Source of the DNA: Promethearchaeia archaeon
Lineage (GTDB): Archaea > Asgardarchaeota > Lokiarchaeia > Sigyniarchaeales > SOKP01
Direction of reading: 5' to 3'
DNA length: 61,474 nucleotides
Assembly: GCA_029856155.1 (NCBI GenBank)
Contig: JAHQWL010000011.1
Span: 1 to 61,474, forward strand
Shown here: positions 11,165 to 21,763 of the stretch, piece after piece
Numbering within the stretch: position 1 is the first letter of the stretch
Layout: every line of letters begins with the position of its first letter
Program-made: the position numbers and the translations under genes
Notes under the pieces: model-generated
Told to the model about the DNA's origin: nothing
What the model saw: only the letters and a program-made list of their open reading frames with translations
The model's database searches: none

Positions 11165-12295
11165 TTAGATTTCACTCTCCAACCAATTATTTTTTAGATA
11201 CCATTCAACAGTATCTTTAGTCGCGCTTTTATAATCTGGAAATTTAAATTTAAATCCTAAATCTTTAATTTTTTTATTAGAAAAGAGATATTGATGGGTG
11301 GTATACTCTGCCATGGATAAATCGATTGGGGGTCTTGAGTTTAGTTTTTTAGCTTTTTGATTTTTCCTTTTATTCAACCAGTAAAGAAATTTCGAGAAAA
11401 CTTTGTAAATTGGCCACCAAATAGGGAAATTAAAATAATCTACATTTAGTAAATCTGCTAGATATTCTAAGAAGTCTTCTTGAAAACATGTGTCTAAAAC
11501 GAGATTATATGCTTCGCCTATTGATTGACCATTTTCAGCTAAAAATATAGCCGATCTGACTAAATCTTCAACATGAATTAAAGGCATTGCTAAACGTTTC
11601 TTCTTAGGGTAGATATGAATACCAGGACCAAATCCTGATTTATTAACAATTTGCATTATATGAAAAACACCATAGATCTGATATGGCCCCATAATTGGTG
11701 CAGGTCTTATAATCGTGGCTTTTAATTTATGACTATTTATATATTCCTTTAAAACCAGTTCTTGTTCCATTTTACTTACACTATAATTATTAGGGGGATT
11801 ATAAGGCGCTGTTTCATCAGCAGGAACGGGGTAAACTTTCTTTTTTTTTTGATATTGTGGTTCTCCATAAACACCACAAGTACTCCAGTGAAAAAATCTT
11901 AGTATATTTAAATCTTGTTTTTTACATATAATTTCAAGCAAATTTTGTATACCTCCTACGTTTATTTTTCTTAAAAGATCTAAATCAGCAAAATAGTCAT
12001 ACAAGCTAGCCACATGGAAAACCATATCATATTGTTTGTCTTGAAATAAATTGATAAGTGTCTTCTTTTCAGTTAAATCAGCTGGGATAAATGAGATTCT
12101 TTCATTTTCTAATATTTCAGTCATATACTTAAATCTGCTACTAAAAATTGTCTCCTTAGCCATTAATTCATCTCTTCTATTTGAAGGTAAATCTGTAGCC
12201 ACTATATTCCATTCTGGTTTTGTTTCTAATATTTCTTTTATAAGAAATGTACCAGTATGACCTTTTGCACCATCAACTAATACTAATTTACTCAT
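11165..12295 (-). CDS. NAD-dependent epimerase/dehydratase (extended SDR, 3-beta-HSD-like)
   Basis: DGAKGHTG, FHVAS, STCGVYG, YSVSK (YxxxK), IRPAPIMGP. Confidence 0.9.
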   Translation of the reverse strand: MSKLVLVDGAKGHTGTFLIKEILETKPEWNIVATDLPSNRRDELMAKETIFSSRFKYMTEILENERISFIPADLTEKKTLINLFQDKQYDMVFHVASLYDYFADLDLLRKINVGGIQNLLEIICKKQDLNILRFFHWSTCGVYGEPQYQKKKKVYPVPADETAPYNPPNNYSVSKMEQELVLKEYINSHKLKATIIRPAPIMGPYQIYGVFHIMQIVNKSGFGPGIHIYPKKKRLAMPLIHVEDLVRSAIFLAENGQSIGEAYNLVLDTCFQEDFLEYLADLLNVDYFNFPIWWPIYKVFSKFLYWLNKRKNQKAKKLNSRPPIDLSMAEYTTHQYLFSNKKIKDLGFKFKFPDYKSATKDTVEWYLKNNWLESEI

Positions 12296-12337
12296 TTTTA
12301 CAATTTTAAAAAATTAGTTTAATTATTTTTATTTTAT

Positions 12338-12796
12338 TTAAATATATACAACATATTCGCAAATATTATCACCTGCACCTATTGATTTTAACATCTCAAC
12401 GTGAAAAGGCTTTTTAAGCAAGGTTTTAAAAATTATTTTTACCCAACCTAAGGAGCAATAACAAAATGTACTATTTAAGTATACAATTTTATTTCTAACA
12501 AGGGGACATCCACATTCGTTGCATATTGATCTAATGATATTGTCTTTTAAATTCCATTGACCGCACCAAGGAATTTGATTATTGATTTTTTCAATAATCT
12601 CTTCAATACAAGTCGTTTCTTCAGAAATTTTTTCTGCAATTTCATAACTCCCTGCTATTGCACACGCTTCTCCACTTTTTTCCATTCTTCTCTTTTTTTT
12701 TGCTATACTTAATTCTTCTATACCGTTAATAATAGAATTTATAACTCTACTAGCCCTTTCTAATAACGCTTTCTTGCTGTTATATTTGTCTAACAT
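12338..12796 (-). CDS. DUF6144-like / V4R-like Cys-containing protein
   Basis: CGCPLV, FCYCSLG, SIGAGDNICEY pattern. Confidence 0.7.
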   Translation of the reverse strand: MLDKYNSKKALLERASRVINSIINGIEELSIAKKKRRMEKSGEACAIAGSYEIAEKISEETTCIEEIIEKINNQIPWCGQWNLKDNIIRSICNECGCPLVRNKIVYLNSTFCYCSLGWVKIIFKTLLKKPFHVEMLKSIGAGDNICEYVVYI

Positions 12797-12990
12797 AAAT
12801 TATTAAACCTCACTCTTAGAATCTAAAGCATTAATGATTATAACATTTGGTTTTTATCTATGAAGATTTTTATTTGTTGCCTTAATTATAAATAATTCAA
12901 AGAGTTAAAAAAATATACTTTCAAAATATAATTACAACTGAATTTTAGATATATTATCGTAATATTTGTAGATATAAGAAAATAATGGAA

Positions 12991-14346
12991 TTAGATTGGA
13001 TTAGAAATAATAGTTGGAATATTTTCTCCAGCTTCAGCCATTTTTCTTTTTAAAATACGAGATAATTCATTTCTAACTTCAAAATATTGAGCATCTTTTA
13101 CTAGATTTCTTTTTTCATGAGGATCATTTTCTAAATCATACAAAAATTCTTCATCATATTTATCAGCTCGGGAATATAAAATGCCATCTTTACTCGGCGC
13201 TTTTACCGAATATTTCCATTTTATTGTTCTAATTGCTCTTCCAACTTGGGTTTCACTAATCTGAATAAAAATCTCTTCTGGCCAATTATTCACAATATCA
13301 TTCACTAAGCCTTGTAAGGGTTGACCTTTCATATGATTAGGTACTTCAATTCCCCCGCATTTTAGCAATGTTGGTGGAATATCAATTAAACTAACAAGCT
13401 GAGAGATGCGTTTTCCACCCTCGAACCCTGGTCCTTTTATAATTAACGGAATCCTTATCGATGATTCATGGCAATCACGTTTGTATTCCCAAGTTCTAGT
13501 TCTAAAATGACAACCATGATCACTACAATAGAATATAATTGTATTCTCTTCAAGATCCATCTCTTTTAATTTGTTTAATATTCTTTTAACATTCTTATCT
13601 ATACTATTACAACAACCAAGATAATCAGGGTAATTTTCACGCCAATCTCCTTCAGTATTCACAAGATCTTTCGGAATAATGTAATTTTTAAATTTCTCTT
13701 TACTTCCATTTGGTCCTTGAAATATATTCAAATCATTCTGCTGATGTGGTTCAAGATAGGACAGAAACAAAAAAAAAGGCTTAGTTCCTCTTCTGGAGTC
13801 TAAATAATCGATTGTAAAATCAGTTAAACAATCAACTCGATAACCTTTAAATTCAACTTTTTTCATATTACCATTAAAAAGATAACCTTCATAAGCATGA
13901 GAGGTGAATTCAAGAAGATCAGAAGCAAGCCAATAATCTTTATACCCTCCTCTAAGTTCGAGAGGCACTGCTTTAGTCATATAATTCATTCTTTTTAAGG
14001 TATAATCTTTTGATCTGCCAACATTACTCGCGAGGTGCCATTTTCCAATGTAAGCGACATCATAACCCTTATTCGAAAAATAATAAGCTATATTATCCTT
14101 ACTTATAGGAAGGGCAATACCATTTCGATAACAAGTTGATTCCGTCGCATATAGCCCCGTCTGTATAATTGATCTTGCAGGTCCACATAATGGCTGATTT
14201 GTAAAGGCATGTTCAAAAATCACTCCTTCTTTAGCCATTTTATCTAAATTTGGAGTAACATCTAATTCTTGACCATAACATCCTAAAGTATCATATCTCT
14301 GCTGATCAGAAAATAAAAATATAATATTCGGTGGATCCACGCTCAA
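12991..14346 (-). CDS. Formylglycine-dependent sulfatase (Cys-type)
   Basis: NIIFLFSDQQR, CGPAR (CxPxR), GKWHL, SDHG, LYDLENDPHE. Confidence 0.95.
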   Translation of the reverse strand: MSVDPPNIIFLFSDQQRYDTLGCYGQELDVTPNLDKMAKEGVIFEHAFTNQPLCGPARSIIQTGLYATESTCYRNGIALPISKDNIAYYFSNKGYDVAYIGKWHLASNVGRSKDYTLKRMNYMTKAVPLELRGGYKDYWLASDLLEFTSHAYEGYLFNGNMKKVEFKGYRVDCLTDFTIDYLDSRRGTKPFFLFLSYLEPHQQNDLNIFQGPNGSKEKFKNYIIPKDLVNTEGDWRENYPDYLGCCNSIDKNVKRILNKLKEMDLEENTIIFYCSDHGCHFRTRTWEYKRDCHESSIRIPLIIKGPGFEGGKRISQLVSLIDIPPTLLKCGGIEVPNHMKGQPLQGLVNDIVNNWPEEIFIQISETQVGRAIRTIKWKYSVKAPSKDGILYSRADKYDEEFLYDLENDPHEKRNLVKDAQYFEVRNELSRILKRKMAEAGENIPTIISNPI

Positions 14347-14405
14347 ATAAATGTTTAAAATGTAATAAGCTTTTATATACTTATTATTAGAAATTATGAT
14401 GTATC

Positions 14406-15674
14406 ATGTCAGTGAAAACTCAAATCGCACGACAAATCATCTTAAGCATAGCACTTTTTTCTCTTGCTGGTCAATTAGCTTGGGCTGTTGAAAATCAGTA
14501 CTATAACTTGTTCATGTATAATGTAATTACACCAGAACCTATTTATGTGTCGATTATGGTAGCACTTTCTACGATTGTGGGAACTATTGCGACCATAATC
14601 ATGGGAGCATTTAGTGATGTTAAAGGGAAGAGAAAACCTTTATTACTATATGGTTTCATTTTCTGGTCTATCACCACAGCTATTTTTCCCCTTAGTGCTG
14701 GATTTATAGGAATTAGTACTGAAGTAGCTATATTCATAGCAATATTATTTGATGCTATAATGACATTTTTCGGAGCAATGGCTCTCAATGCGGGATTAAA
14801 TGCCTATATTACTGATATGACTAATTTAGATAATCGCGGAAAAGTAACAAGTATAGCACAAATGATGGTCATGGTCGCATTATTAATTGTAAATGGCGTT
14901 GGTGGGATCTTGATAACGGCATTAGGTTATTATACTTTCTTTTTCATTGTCGGAGGACTTGTTCTTGTATTAGGGTTGATAGGTAATCTTCAAATACAAG
15001 AATCACCAGATCTAACTCCTTTAGAAATTAAGACTTTTTCGCAAATTCGAAAAACATTCCGAAAAGAAAATCTGAAAGAGTATAAAGACTTTTTTGTAGT
15101 CTTAATAGTAATTACCACATGGCAAATAGGTTTGAATATTTTTTACCCTTTTCTCATGATTTATTTACAGCATAATATTGGTTTTTCTATTCTCACAGCA
15201 TCAATTCTAATTTTTATTGCTCTATTGAGTTCGATCGTTCTTGCATACCCTTTAGGAATTCTTACTGATAAAATCGGAAGAAAAAGAATGACTTTTATTG
15301 CTGCTATTTTATTTGGGGTATCATTATTCACTTTTGGATTTTTTACTGATATCACTATGCTTCTTATTCTCGGAAGTATTTGGGCTACATTTTATTTGGG
15401 AATATCCATTTCAACATTTTCATGGGCAAAAGATTTATATCCTGAAGAAAATAGGGGCGAATTTAGCGGTTATTGGAATCTTTTTTCAGGTACCATTCCT
15501 ATGGTAATCGGTCCTTTAATTGGTGGATGGTTAGCTACAGCTTTTGGGATTTACAAACTAATAGAAGGTAATTGGGGGTATGTACCTACTTCTTTAATTT
15601 TCTTTGTAAGTGGAATCGTGATTTTATTAACAATTATTCCATTATACTTTGCTAAAGAGGCTAGTATTGATTAA
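14406..15674 (+). CDS. MFS transporter
   Basis: About 12 TM; GAFSDVKGKRK and GILTDKIGRK MFS motif A copies. Confidence 0.93.
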   Translation: MSVKTQIARQIILSIALFSLAGQLAWAVENQYYNLFMYNVITPEPIYVSIMVALSTIVGTIATIIMGAFSDVKGKRKPLLLYGFIFWSITTAIFPLSAGFIGISTEVAIFIAILFDAIMTFFGAMALNAGLNAYITDMTNLDNRGKVTSIAQMMVMVALLIVNGVGGILITALGYYTFFFIVGGLVLVLGLIGNLQIQESPDLTPLEIKTFSQIRKTFRKENLKEYKDFFVVLIVITTWQIGLNIFYPFLMIYLQHNIGFSILTASILIFIALLSSIVLAYPLGILTDKIGRKRMTFIAAILFGVSLFTFGFFTDITMLLILGSIWATFYLGISISTFSWAKDLYPEENRGEFSGYWNLFSGTIPMVIGPLIGGWLATAFGIYKLIEGNWGYVPTSLIFFVSGIVILLTIIPLYFAKEASID

Positions 15675-15899
15675 TATCTCCCAAAATATCATATCTCTTA
15701 TGCTATGATAATATTAAATTTATATTATAACCCAAAGGAGAACAATCTTATTAATTTTTTAAATACTCATAAAAATTTATTCTTAGGGATTCTGGGATAT
15801 ATTATGGTCGTATTATACTGATATATTATATTGTCAAATTTTGTAAAGTATAACAAAACCAATAAGTTTTGAATATTAAAAGGGGTTTTATAAAAAAAA

Positions 15900-16058
15900 A
15901 TGAAATTAATAACATGTCATATTCCCGAAGCGTATCTAAGTGGAATAGAAGAACTAGTTAACATGAACCTTTATCCCAATCGCTCAGAAGTAATTCGTGT
16001 TGCTATACGTGATTTGCTGAAAACTGAACTCAGTTCGCTTTTGAGAAAACCGGAATAA
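15900..16058 (+). CDS. Ribbon-helix-helix (CopG/CdrS-like) regulator, 52 aa, not in ORF track
   Basis: Manual translation MKLITCHIPEAYLSGIEELVNMNLYPNRSEVIRVAIRDLLKTELSSLLRKPE; YPNRSEVIRxAIR is a typical archaeal RHH signature. Confidence 0.9.
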   Translation: MKLITCHIPEAYLSGIEELVNMNLYPNRSEVIRVAIRDLLKTELSSLLRKPE

Positions 16059-16176
16059 TTAACTATTTTTTTCTCATTTCTTTTTCATATTCTTTGGGAT
16101 TAGAGTTTAAGAGAGAAATTTTTATAATAATCTAAAAAGAATATTCGATTTGCATTTCACCTAGCTTACAGATAAT

Positions 16177-17010
16177 TCATAAAATTGCCAGACTAACAGC
16201 CATGATAAACATCCCAGTAATAATTCCTATTATTGAGTAATGTTCTTTAGCTAATGAACGGGACATTGGTAGTAATTCATCTAACGAAATATAAACCATT
16301 ATTCCTCCAACTGCTCCTAACAAGGCGTTTAACACAAAATCGTTGATAAAGGGAAAAAGGATTAACCATGTTAATATAGCCCCTAAAGGTTCACTCATCC
16401 CTGAGATAAAAGACCATTTAAAAGCCTTTTTTTTATTTAATGTACAGGCATAAATTGGCACCGCTACAGCAATTCCTTCTGGTATATTATGTAAAGCTAT
16501 AGCTACAGCTAATAAAATTCCAAGGTGAACATCTGTTAAAGCACCGATAAAGGTTGCCATTCCTTCTGGGAAATTATGAATAAATACTCCAAAAAATATA
16601 AAGATAGATGTCTTTACTAAGTTATTATTACTTTTTTCACCACGATGAAGAGGACGACTACGATGACGATGTCCATAATGTAAATGTGGTTTACATTCTC
16701 CGCTATTATTTATTAAAATTTCAATTGAATCCTCAAACTCATATTCATGGGAAACTACTACATCAATTATAAACATAATTATCATTCCTATAAAGAACAT
16801 CAAAATTCCCATTAAAAAACCGATTGCTTTTATGCTATCTTGCAGAAGTTCCACAAATGAAATTAAAATCATAACCCCCGCAGAAAATCCCATAATAAAA
16901 GAAAGTACCTTTGGGTCGGGTCTTTTCATAAAAATCGCGATAAAACTACCAATAGAAGTTGACAATCCTGCAATTAAACTTAATAATAATGCAAGAATAA
17001 TGTTTTCCAT
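16177..17010 (-). CDS. zupT: ZIP-family zinc transporter ZupT
   Basis: HNFPEG and HNIPEG motifs, SGMSEP, His-rich loop (HLHYGHRHR). Confidence 0.93.
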   Translation of the reverse strand: MENIILALLLSLIAGLSTSIGSFIAIFMKRPDPKVLSFIMGFSAGVMILISFVELLQDSIKAIGFLMGILMFFIGMIIMFIIDVVVSHEYEFEDSIEILINNSGECKPHLHYGHRHRSRPLHRGEKSNNNLVKTSIFIFFGVFIHNFPEGMATFIGALTDVHLGILLAVAIALHNIPEGIAVAVPIYACTLNKKKAFKWSFISGMSEPLGAILTWLILFPFINDFVLNALLGAVGGIMVYISLDELLPMSRSLAKEHYSIIGIITGMFIMAVSLAIL

Positions 17011-17391
17011 ATTTAAGATCCTATTAAGTTATAAATCTGAATGATTATTTGAGTTTATTTGATGACATATTTTAATAATATCCCATGATACTGTTAATAT
17101 ATAACAATGTTGTCGAAACATTTACAATTAAAAAATTTAATTATTTAGTCTTATCTAAATAATTAAAAAATATCTACCTATTTAAGGATTTTGAGATTGT
17201 TAACAGAAGAAAATAAAATGATTTAACTATATTTTATTAATAATTTTCAAGGGTTTTTATAAAAAATTAGAGAAATATGAAATAATGCTTATTTATAAGA
17301 TCTAAATAAAAGTCGTATTTTGTTTATGATTATATATAATATGATATCTTTTTCTTTATTAATATTATTAAGATAAATTAGGGGTTGTCGA

Positions 17392-17886
17392 TTGAGAAAA
17401 GTAACTGATGCCGATAAATTGTTTTATTTCGAAAAGAACTTCTTTACCATGGATGGTGTGTGGATGCTAGAAACTGAAAAAGAAATAGGCTGGGACATTG
17501 CTCTAAAAATAGATAAAGCGGTTTGGATTAGACTCATGAGAATTATTTTTAGAAGGATAAAGAAATATCTGAAGATTGAATCAAACACTTTAGGTGATTT
17601 AATTGATATAATCACTTTTAGATGGTCTATAGAAGGATGGAAATATAAAGTTAATAGGATTTCTGCCTCAGAAGTGATTATTGATATAAATGAGTGTCCC
17701 TATAAAGCGATAATGGATAGAAATTCAGAACGACAAGAAAAAATTCCATTAATTTGCAATAATATGTGTATTCCTTTTTATAAAGCAGCTTTTGAAGAAT
17801 TTAATCCAAAAATTAAATTTGAACGAAATAAAGCAATGGGTTTAGGAGACAATAAGTGCGATTTTTGTTTTAAATTAATAGATTAA
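17392..17886 (+). CDS. DUF6125-like / V4R-like protein
   Basis: DGVW near N-terminus, ECPY, C...C, GDNKCDF pattern. Confidence 0.7.
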   Translation: MRKVTDADKLFYFEKNFFTMDGVWMLETEKEIGWDIALKIDKAVWIRLMRIIFRRIKKYLKIESNTLGDLIDIITFRWSIEGWKYKVNRISASEVIIDINECPYKAIMDRNSERQEKIPLICNNMCIPFYKAAFEEFNPKIKFERNKAMGLGDNKCDFCFKLID

Positions 17887-17900
17887 TAATCACTTAAATG

Positions 17901-19787
17901 TTAATCATTATAAAGCACTCTAAAATGTTTAATTTGGTTTCTTACTTCTGAGATTATCGTCTTCTTTTCTTCTTCTGTAATTGAATATTGCCCAAATATT
18001 ATATCATCAATGCTTTTTAATAATTGATTAAAATTTTCACTGGTAATTAGGTTGTTCATAGTTAATAAATTATATATTGTGTCTACTTTTTCTACAATCA
18101 TTTTCTTAATTTTATTATTAACCGTAAGGATAGGTAAATGTCTAATCATATATTGATTTAGATTAATTGTGGTATCTTTTTGATTGTTGATACCATAGAT
18201 ACAATAAAATTGGATTAAACTTGAATTAAGAAAAGCACAGAGGTATTTTAGTTCATCAGAATCATTATGGAGTAATGAATAAATTGATGATGTAAAGCAT
18301 ACATTATCTTCGGTATAAATCGCTTCTGGGATAATATTATTGTGTTTTATTAACAATTTTGGCTGTATATAATATTCATAATTATTCCCTTTTAAGATCT
18401 TTGAATCAACTTCTTCTATATTAAATGATTTGATCTTTCTGAAATTAAAATAATTGAAATCGTTTCTCGCGCTAATAAAGAAGCAAGAACCATTTGTATC
18501 TTTTCTTAATTTTGTTTTTACTAGCTTAAGTCCTTTTTCTTCTTCGCCTCTAATCATTTTTGGAAAATTTACAGGATTTAAATAATTTAAATCTCCAAGG
18601 TTTTCAATTTTTTCAATTAATTCATATATTTGCTCATTTGGTTTAATTCTAATCCGATTCATTTCGAATGTATCTGAACCACAAAAAGGACAACTTTTCT
18701 TAAAAGTATATACATACAATTTTTTAGATTTTAAGTTTAAAGAGCAGCTCAAATTAAAGCAGATTCTTAAAGAATCTACAAATTGGTTTGGATAAGTAAT
18801 GATTTTAGTTTTTGAGTAATCATAAACATCTAAATCTCTCCTTTTTGAGTCATTTTTATTTTCATATATTACTATTTGTACTTCGTTTGTTGCTGTTTTA
18901 AACATTTTGGAACCAATATCATAGATTTTTAAGATATTTGCTTTAGAAAGAAAATCTCGCCTAAAATTAATATAACCTTGTCGCAGAAGGAAACTTTTTG
19001 GAACTAATAAACCTATAACTTCATTTCCCCACTCTAAAGCTTTTAATAAAAAAGCACAGTAAATATCCTTATAGAAAATGTTTTCATTTTTTAAAATTTC
19101 TTTATCATTTTGGTTTAAAATGTTCCCATAAGGCGGATTTCCTATAACTATATCAAATTTGATAAAATTCGAATTTATAAGACTGTTTTGTAATTTTAAA
19201 TTTGACTTCAAAATTGATATTGATTTTTTTACACCATCATCTAATTTATTATGATGCCATTTTAGAAGTTTTAATATACTTAATTTAATGGCATATTCAT
19301 TAATATCATACCCGAATAAGTTGTTTAGTATTTGATTCTTGATGTTAGCTAGATTTACGTTTGAATTCAGTTTTTTGATAATATTAAAAATGATATCAGC
19401 AGAACTTAATAGGAATTCACCCGAACCGCATGCTGGATCACAAATTTTTATATTTAATAATAGGTCTCTTAATTTTTGTTTAAAATCAGTACCATATTTG
19501 TAAAGTTCATCAACTTCTTTAATCTTTTCAGAATCCAAACCATAATTATTGAATTTTTTATTAATTAAACTAAGTAGTGTTTCAGATACAATAAAATCTG
19601 AAATAATTTTATTTGTATAAAAGGTACCTTCTTTCTTTCGTTTATGGTAACCACTTAAGAATTGTTCTTCAAACTCATCAATTAATGGAATTAATTTATT
19701 TAATTGCTGAAAATCATTAGTTTTTATAGAATTATCGAATAATCCAATGAATTCCTTGAATTTTTTAAGATCTTTTTGAAATACCAT
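17901..19787 (-). CDS. Amino (N6-adenine) DNA methyltransferase, Eco57I/TaqI-like, orphan
   Basis: GTFYT, DPACGSGEFL (motif I), GYDIN, VIGNPPY (motif IV), C-terminal TaqI-like LKYLCAFLNS...LPI segment. Confidence 0.9.
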   Translation of the reverse strand: MVFQKDLKKFKEFIGLFDNSIKTNDFQQLNKLIPLIDEFEEQFLSGYHKRKKEGTFYTNKIISDFIVSETLLSLINKKFNNYGLDSEKIKEVDELYKYGTDFKQKLRDLLLNIKICDPACGSGEFLLSSADIIFNIIKKLNSNVNLANIKNQILNNLFGYDINEYAIKLSILKLLKWHHNKLDDGVKKSISILKSNLKLQNSLINSNFIKFDIVIGNPPYGNILNQNDKEILKNENIFYKDIYCAFLLKALEWGNEVIGLLVPKSFLLRQGYINFRRDFLSKANILKIYDIGSKMFKTATNEVQIVIYENKNDSKRRDLDVYDYSKTKIITYPNQFVDSLRICFNLSCSLNLKSKKLYVYTFKKSCPFCGSDTFEMNRIRIKPNEQIYELIEKIENLGDLNYLNPVNFPKMIRGEEEKGLKLVKTKLRKDTNGSCFFISARNDFNYFNFRKIKSFNIEEVDSKILKGNNYEYYIQPKLLIKHNNIIPEAIYTEDNVCFTSSIYSLLHNDSDELKYLCAFLNSSLIQFYCIYGINNQKDTTINLNQYMIRHLPILTVNNKIKKMIVEKVDTIYNLLTMNNLITSENFNQLLKSIDDIIFGQYSITEEEKKTIISEVRNQIKHFRVLYND

Positions 19788-19907
19788 TTCTCTATTTTCA
19801 AAATTCTTTTGTATATCATCTATAATTTACAATTTAAAATATTTTATTGTTTATATGGTATTTTTGTTATATTTTTATAGTTAAATTAACTTAATATAAT
19901 AGAGCCT

Positions 19908-20402
19908 ATGACAAGTGATAAAAAGGAAAAAAAAGACTACTACGGAGTTGCTCCAATAAGTTCAGTCGTAAAAAAAATGAAAAAAGAGTATGATAATGAC
20001 CCTAAAGATTGGAGAGTAATAGGATCAAAGGATGATAGAGGAAATTCAGATACTTTTATAACAAAGAAGCCCAATGCTTTTTGGTTAAAATCAAAACAAT
20101 TGAGTCCTTATTCTGCTTTAAGCATGGGCACAGTTGTAAGAAATTTGGACAAGGATATTGACGAAACTATTGGGAAAAGAATGTCCCCAAACGATATGCT
20201 TCGCTTATTTGGAATGGTTGTCCCAATAAAGAAAGATCAGAACATTATTGCTTCTGGTATTGAAAAATATTCCCAAGAACATGGTAATTATTTAAAAGAA
20301 TTAGTAAAGGAACGAGATCCTAATATAGGAAATGCATTAGGAAGGCGGATTGATAAAGAATTCTTGAAAAGGCATCCACAACGAGGTGGTTTATATATTT
20401 AA
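19908..20402 (+). CDS. Hypothetical protein
   Basis: 164 aa ORF with ATG start; no motif recognised. Confidence 0.7.
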   Translation: MTSDKKEKKDYYGVAPISSVVKKMKKEYDNDPKDWRVIGSKDDRGNSDTFITKKPNAFWLKSKQLSPYSALSMGTVVRNLDKDIDETIGKRMSPNDMLRLFGMVVPIKKDQNIIASGIEKYSQEHGNYLKELVKERDPNIGNALGRRIDKEFLKRHPQRGGLYI

Positions 20403-20415
20403 AAAAAAAGTATTT

Positions 20416-20826
20416 CTATACTTTCTCTTTTAACTTACCTAATTCATCTTTATTTTTAATTAGAAAATCAGTATTGCTCGTGTATTTTGAAGTATTATTA
20501 ATTAATTCCTCAATTACTGCGGCAATTAAATCAGAACCAGATTTTCCAGTACCTCCAGCAAATTCTTTTAGTAAAGGTACTTTTAAATCTTCAATATAAA
20601 AAGTAACACCCTTGGAAATCTCTTCCATCATTAATTGATAGGCAAAATCTGCTCCTTTTTCCCCTTTTAGTAAAGGATCATCAGGATCTTCAAAAGTATA
20701 AGAAACTTCTAGCCATTTATCACTTGCAGTAGGAACTATTCCATAAATGTAATCAGTCGTATAGATCCATAATGGTTTTCCGTTATCGAAAGAAGAATCT
20801 ACAATTGCTTTAAATTCCTCACTCAT
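20416..20826 (-). CDS. Hypothetical protein
   Basis: 136 aa ORF with ATG start; converges on the previous gene. Confidence 0.7.
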   Translation of the reverse strand: MSEEFKAIVDSSFDNGKPLWIYTTDYIYGIVPTASDKWLEVSYTFEDPDDPLLKGEKGADFAYQLMMEEISKGVTFYIEDLKVPLLKEFAGGTGKSGSDLIAAVIEELINNTSKYTSNTDFLIKNKDELGKLKEKV

Positions 20827-20961
20827 TCTAAATCATTAATATAAATTTAATTTAATTTTAATCTAGTAGAATAAATTAAGTTAGTATTTTTATTTTTATA
20901 ATTATAAAATTTTTATTATAATTTTATCTTTTAAGTTTATGCTAAAATAAAATAGTGTTAA

Positions 20962-21747
20962 TTGAAAAGATTTTTGATAAAGATTATGCGAAAACTGGAT
21001 TATAAACAGACAGTCACTGAAATTCAAAAGTGGATAAGAAATTATGTAGATTCTGCAAAGGTTAAAGGTATCGTAGTAGGGATTAGTGGAGGTATTGATA
21101 GCGCAGTTACTACGTCATTATGTGTTAATGCTCTTGGAAAGAAAGATATTATTGGATTAGGATTACCCTGTTCATCAATCCCACAAGATTTAAAGGATGC
21201 AGAAAAATTAACTAAATTATTAGGAATAAGATTTATTAAAATAGAATTAACAAGCATTTACAACGAATTTGTAAAGGTTACAGAATCTCTCATTAGATCT
21301 AATAATATGGCATTAGCAAATTTAAAGCCTCGATTAAGGATGATGGCGATATATTTTATAGGCCAGTCCTTAGGGAAATTCCTTGTTGCGGGCACAAGTA
21401 ATAGAACCGAATTAGCAATTGGATATTTCACCAAATATGGTGATGGGGGTGTTGATTTTGAACCGATAGGAGGTCTCTATAAATGTGAAGTAAGAAAAGT
21501 CGCTAAATTATTAAATGTTCCCGAAGAAATCATTAAAAAACCACCAAGTGCGGGATTATGGGAAGGTCAAACAGATGAAGGTGAAATTGGTATAACTTAT
21601 GATGTGCTAGATGAAATTATTTTTAGGATTGATAATAAATTAGATTTAGATGATTTAAAAAAAGATGATGTAAATAGAGTCAAAAGTATGATAAAATCAG
21701 CACAACATAAAAATAGGATGCCCCCCTTTTTCAGAATAGATAAATAG
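20962..21747 (+). CDS. nadE: NH3-dependent NAD+ synthetase (start may be ATG 20986)
   Basis: GISGGIDS, NLKPRLRM, GYFTKYGDG, KPPSAGLWEGQTDE. Confidence 0.97.
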   Translation: MKRFLIKIMRKLDYKQTVTEIQKWIRNYVDSAKVKGIVVGISGGIDSAVTTSLCVNALGKKDIIGLGLPCSSIPQDLKDAEKLTKLLGIRFIKIELTSIYNEFVKVTESLIRSNNMALANLKPRLRMMAIYFIGQSLGKFLVAGTSNRTELAIGYFTKYGDGGVDFEPIGGLYKCEVRKVAKLLNVPEEIIKKPPSAGLWEGQTDEGEIGITYDVLDEIIFRIDNKLDLDDLKKDDVNRVKSMIKSAQHKNRMPPFFRIDK

Positions 21748-21763
21748 TTATAAAAGTAAAAAA

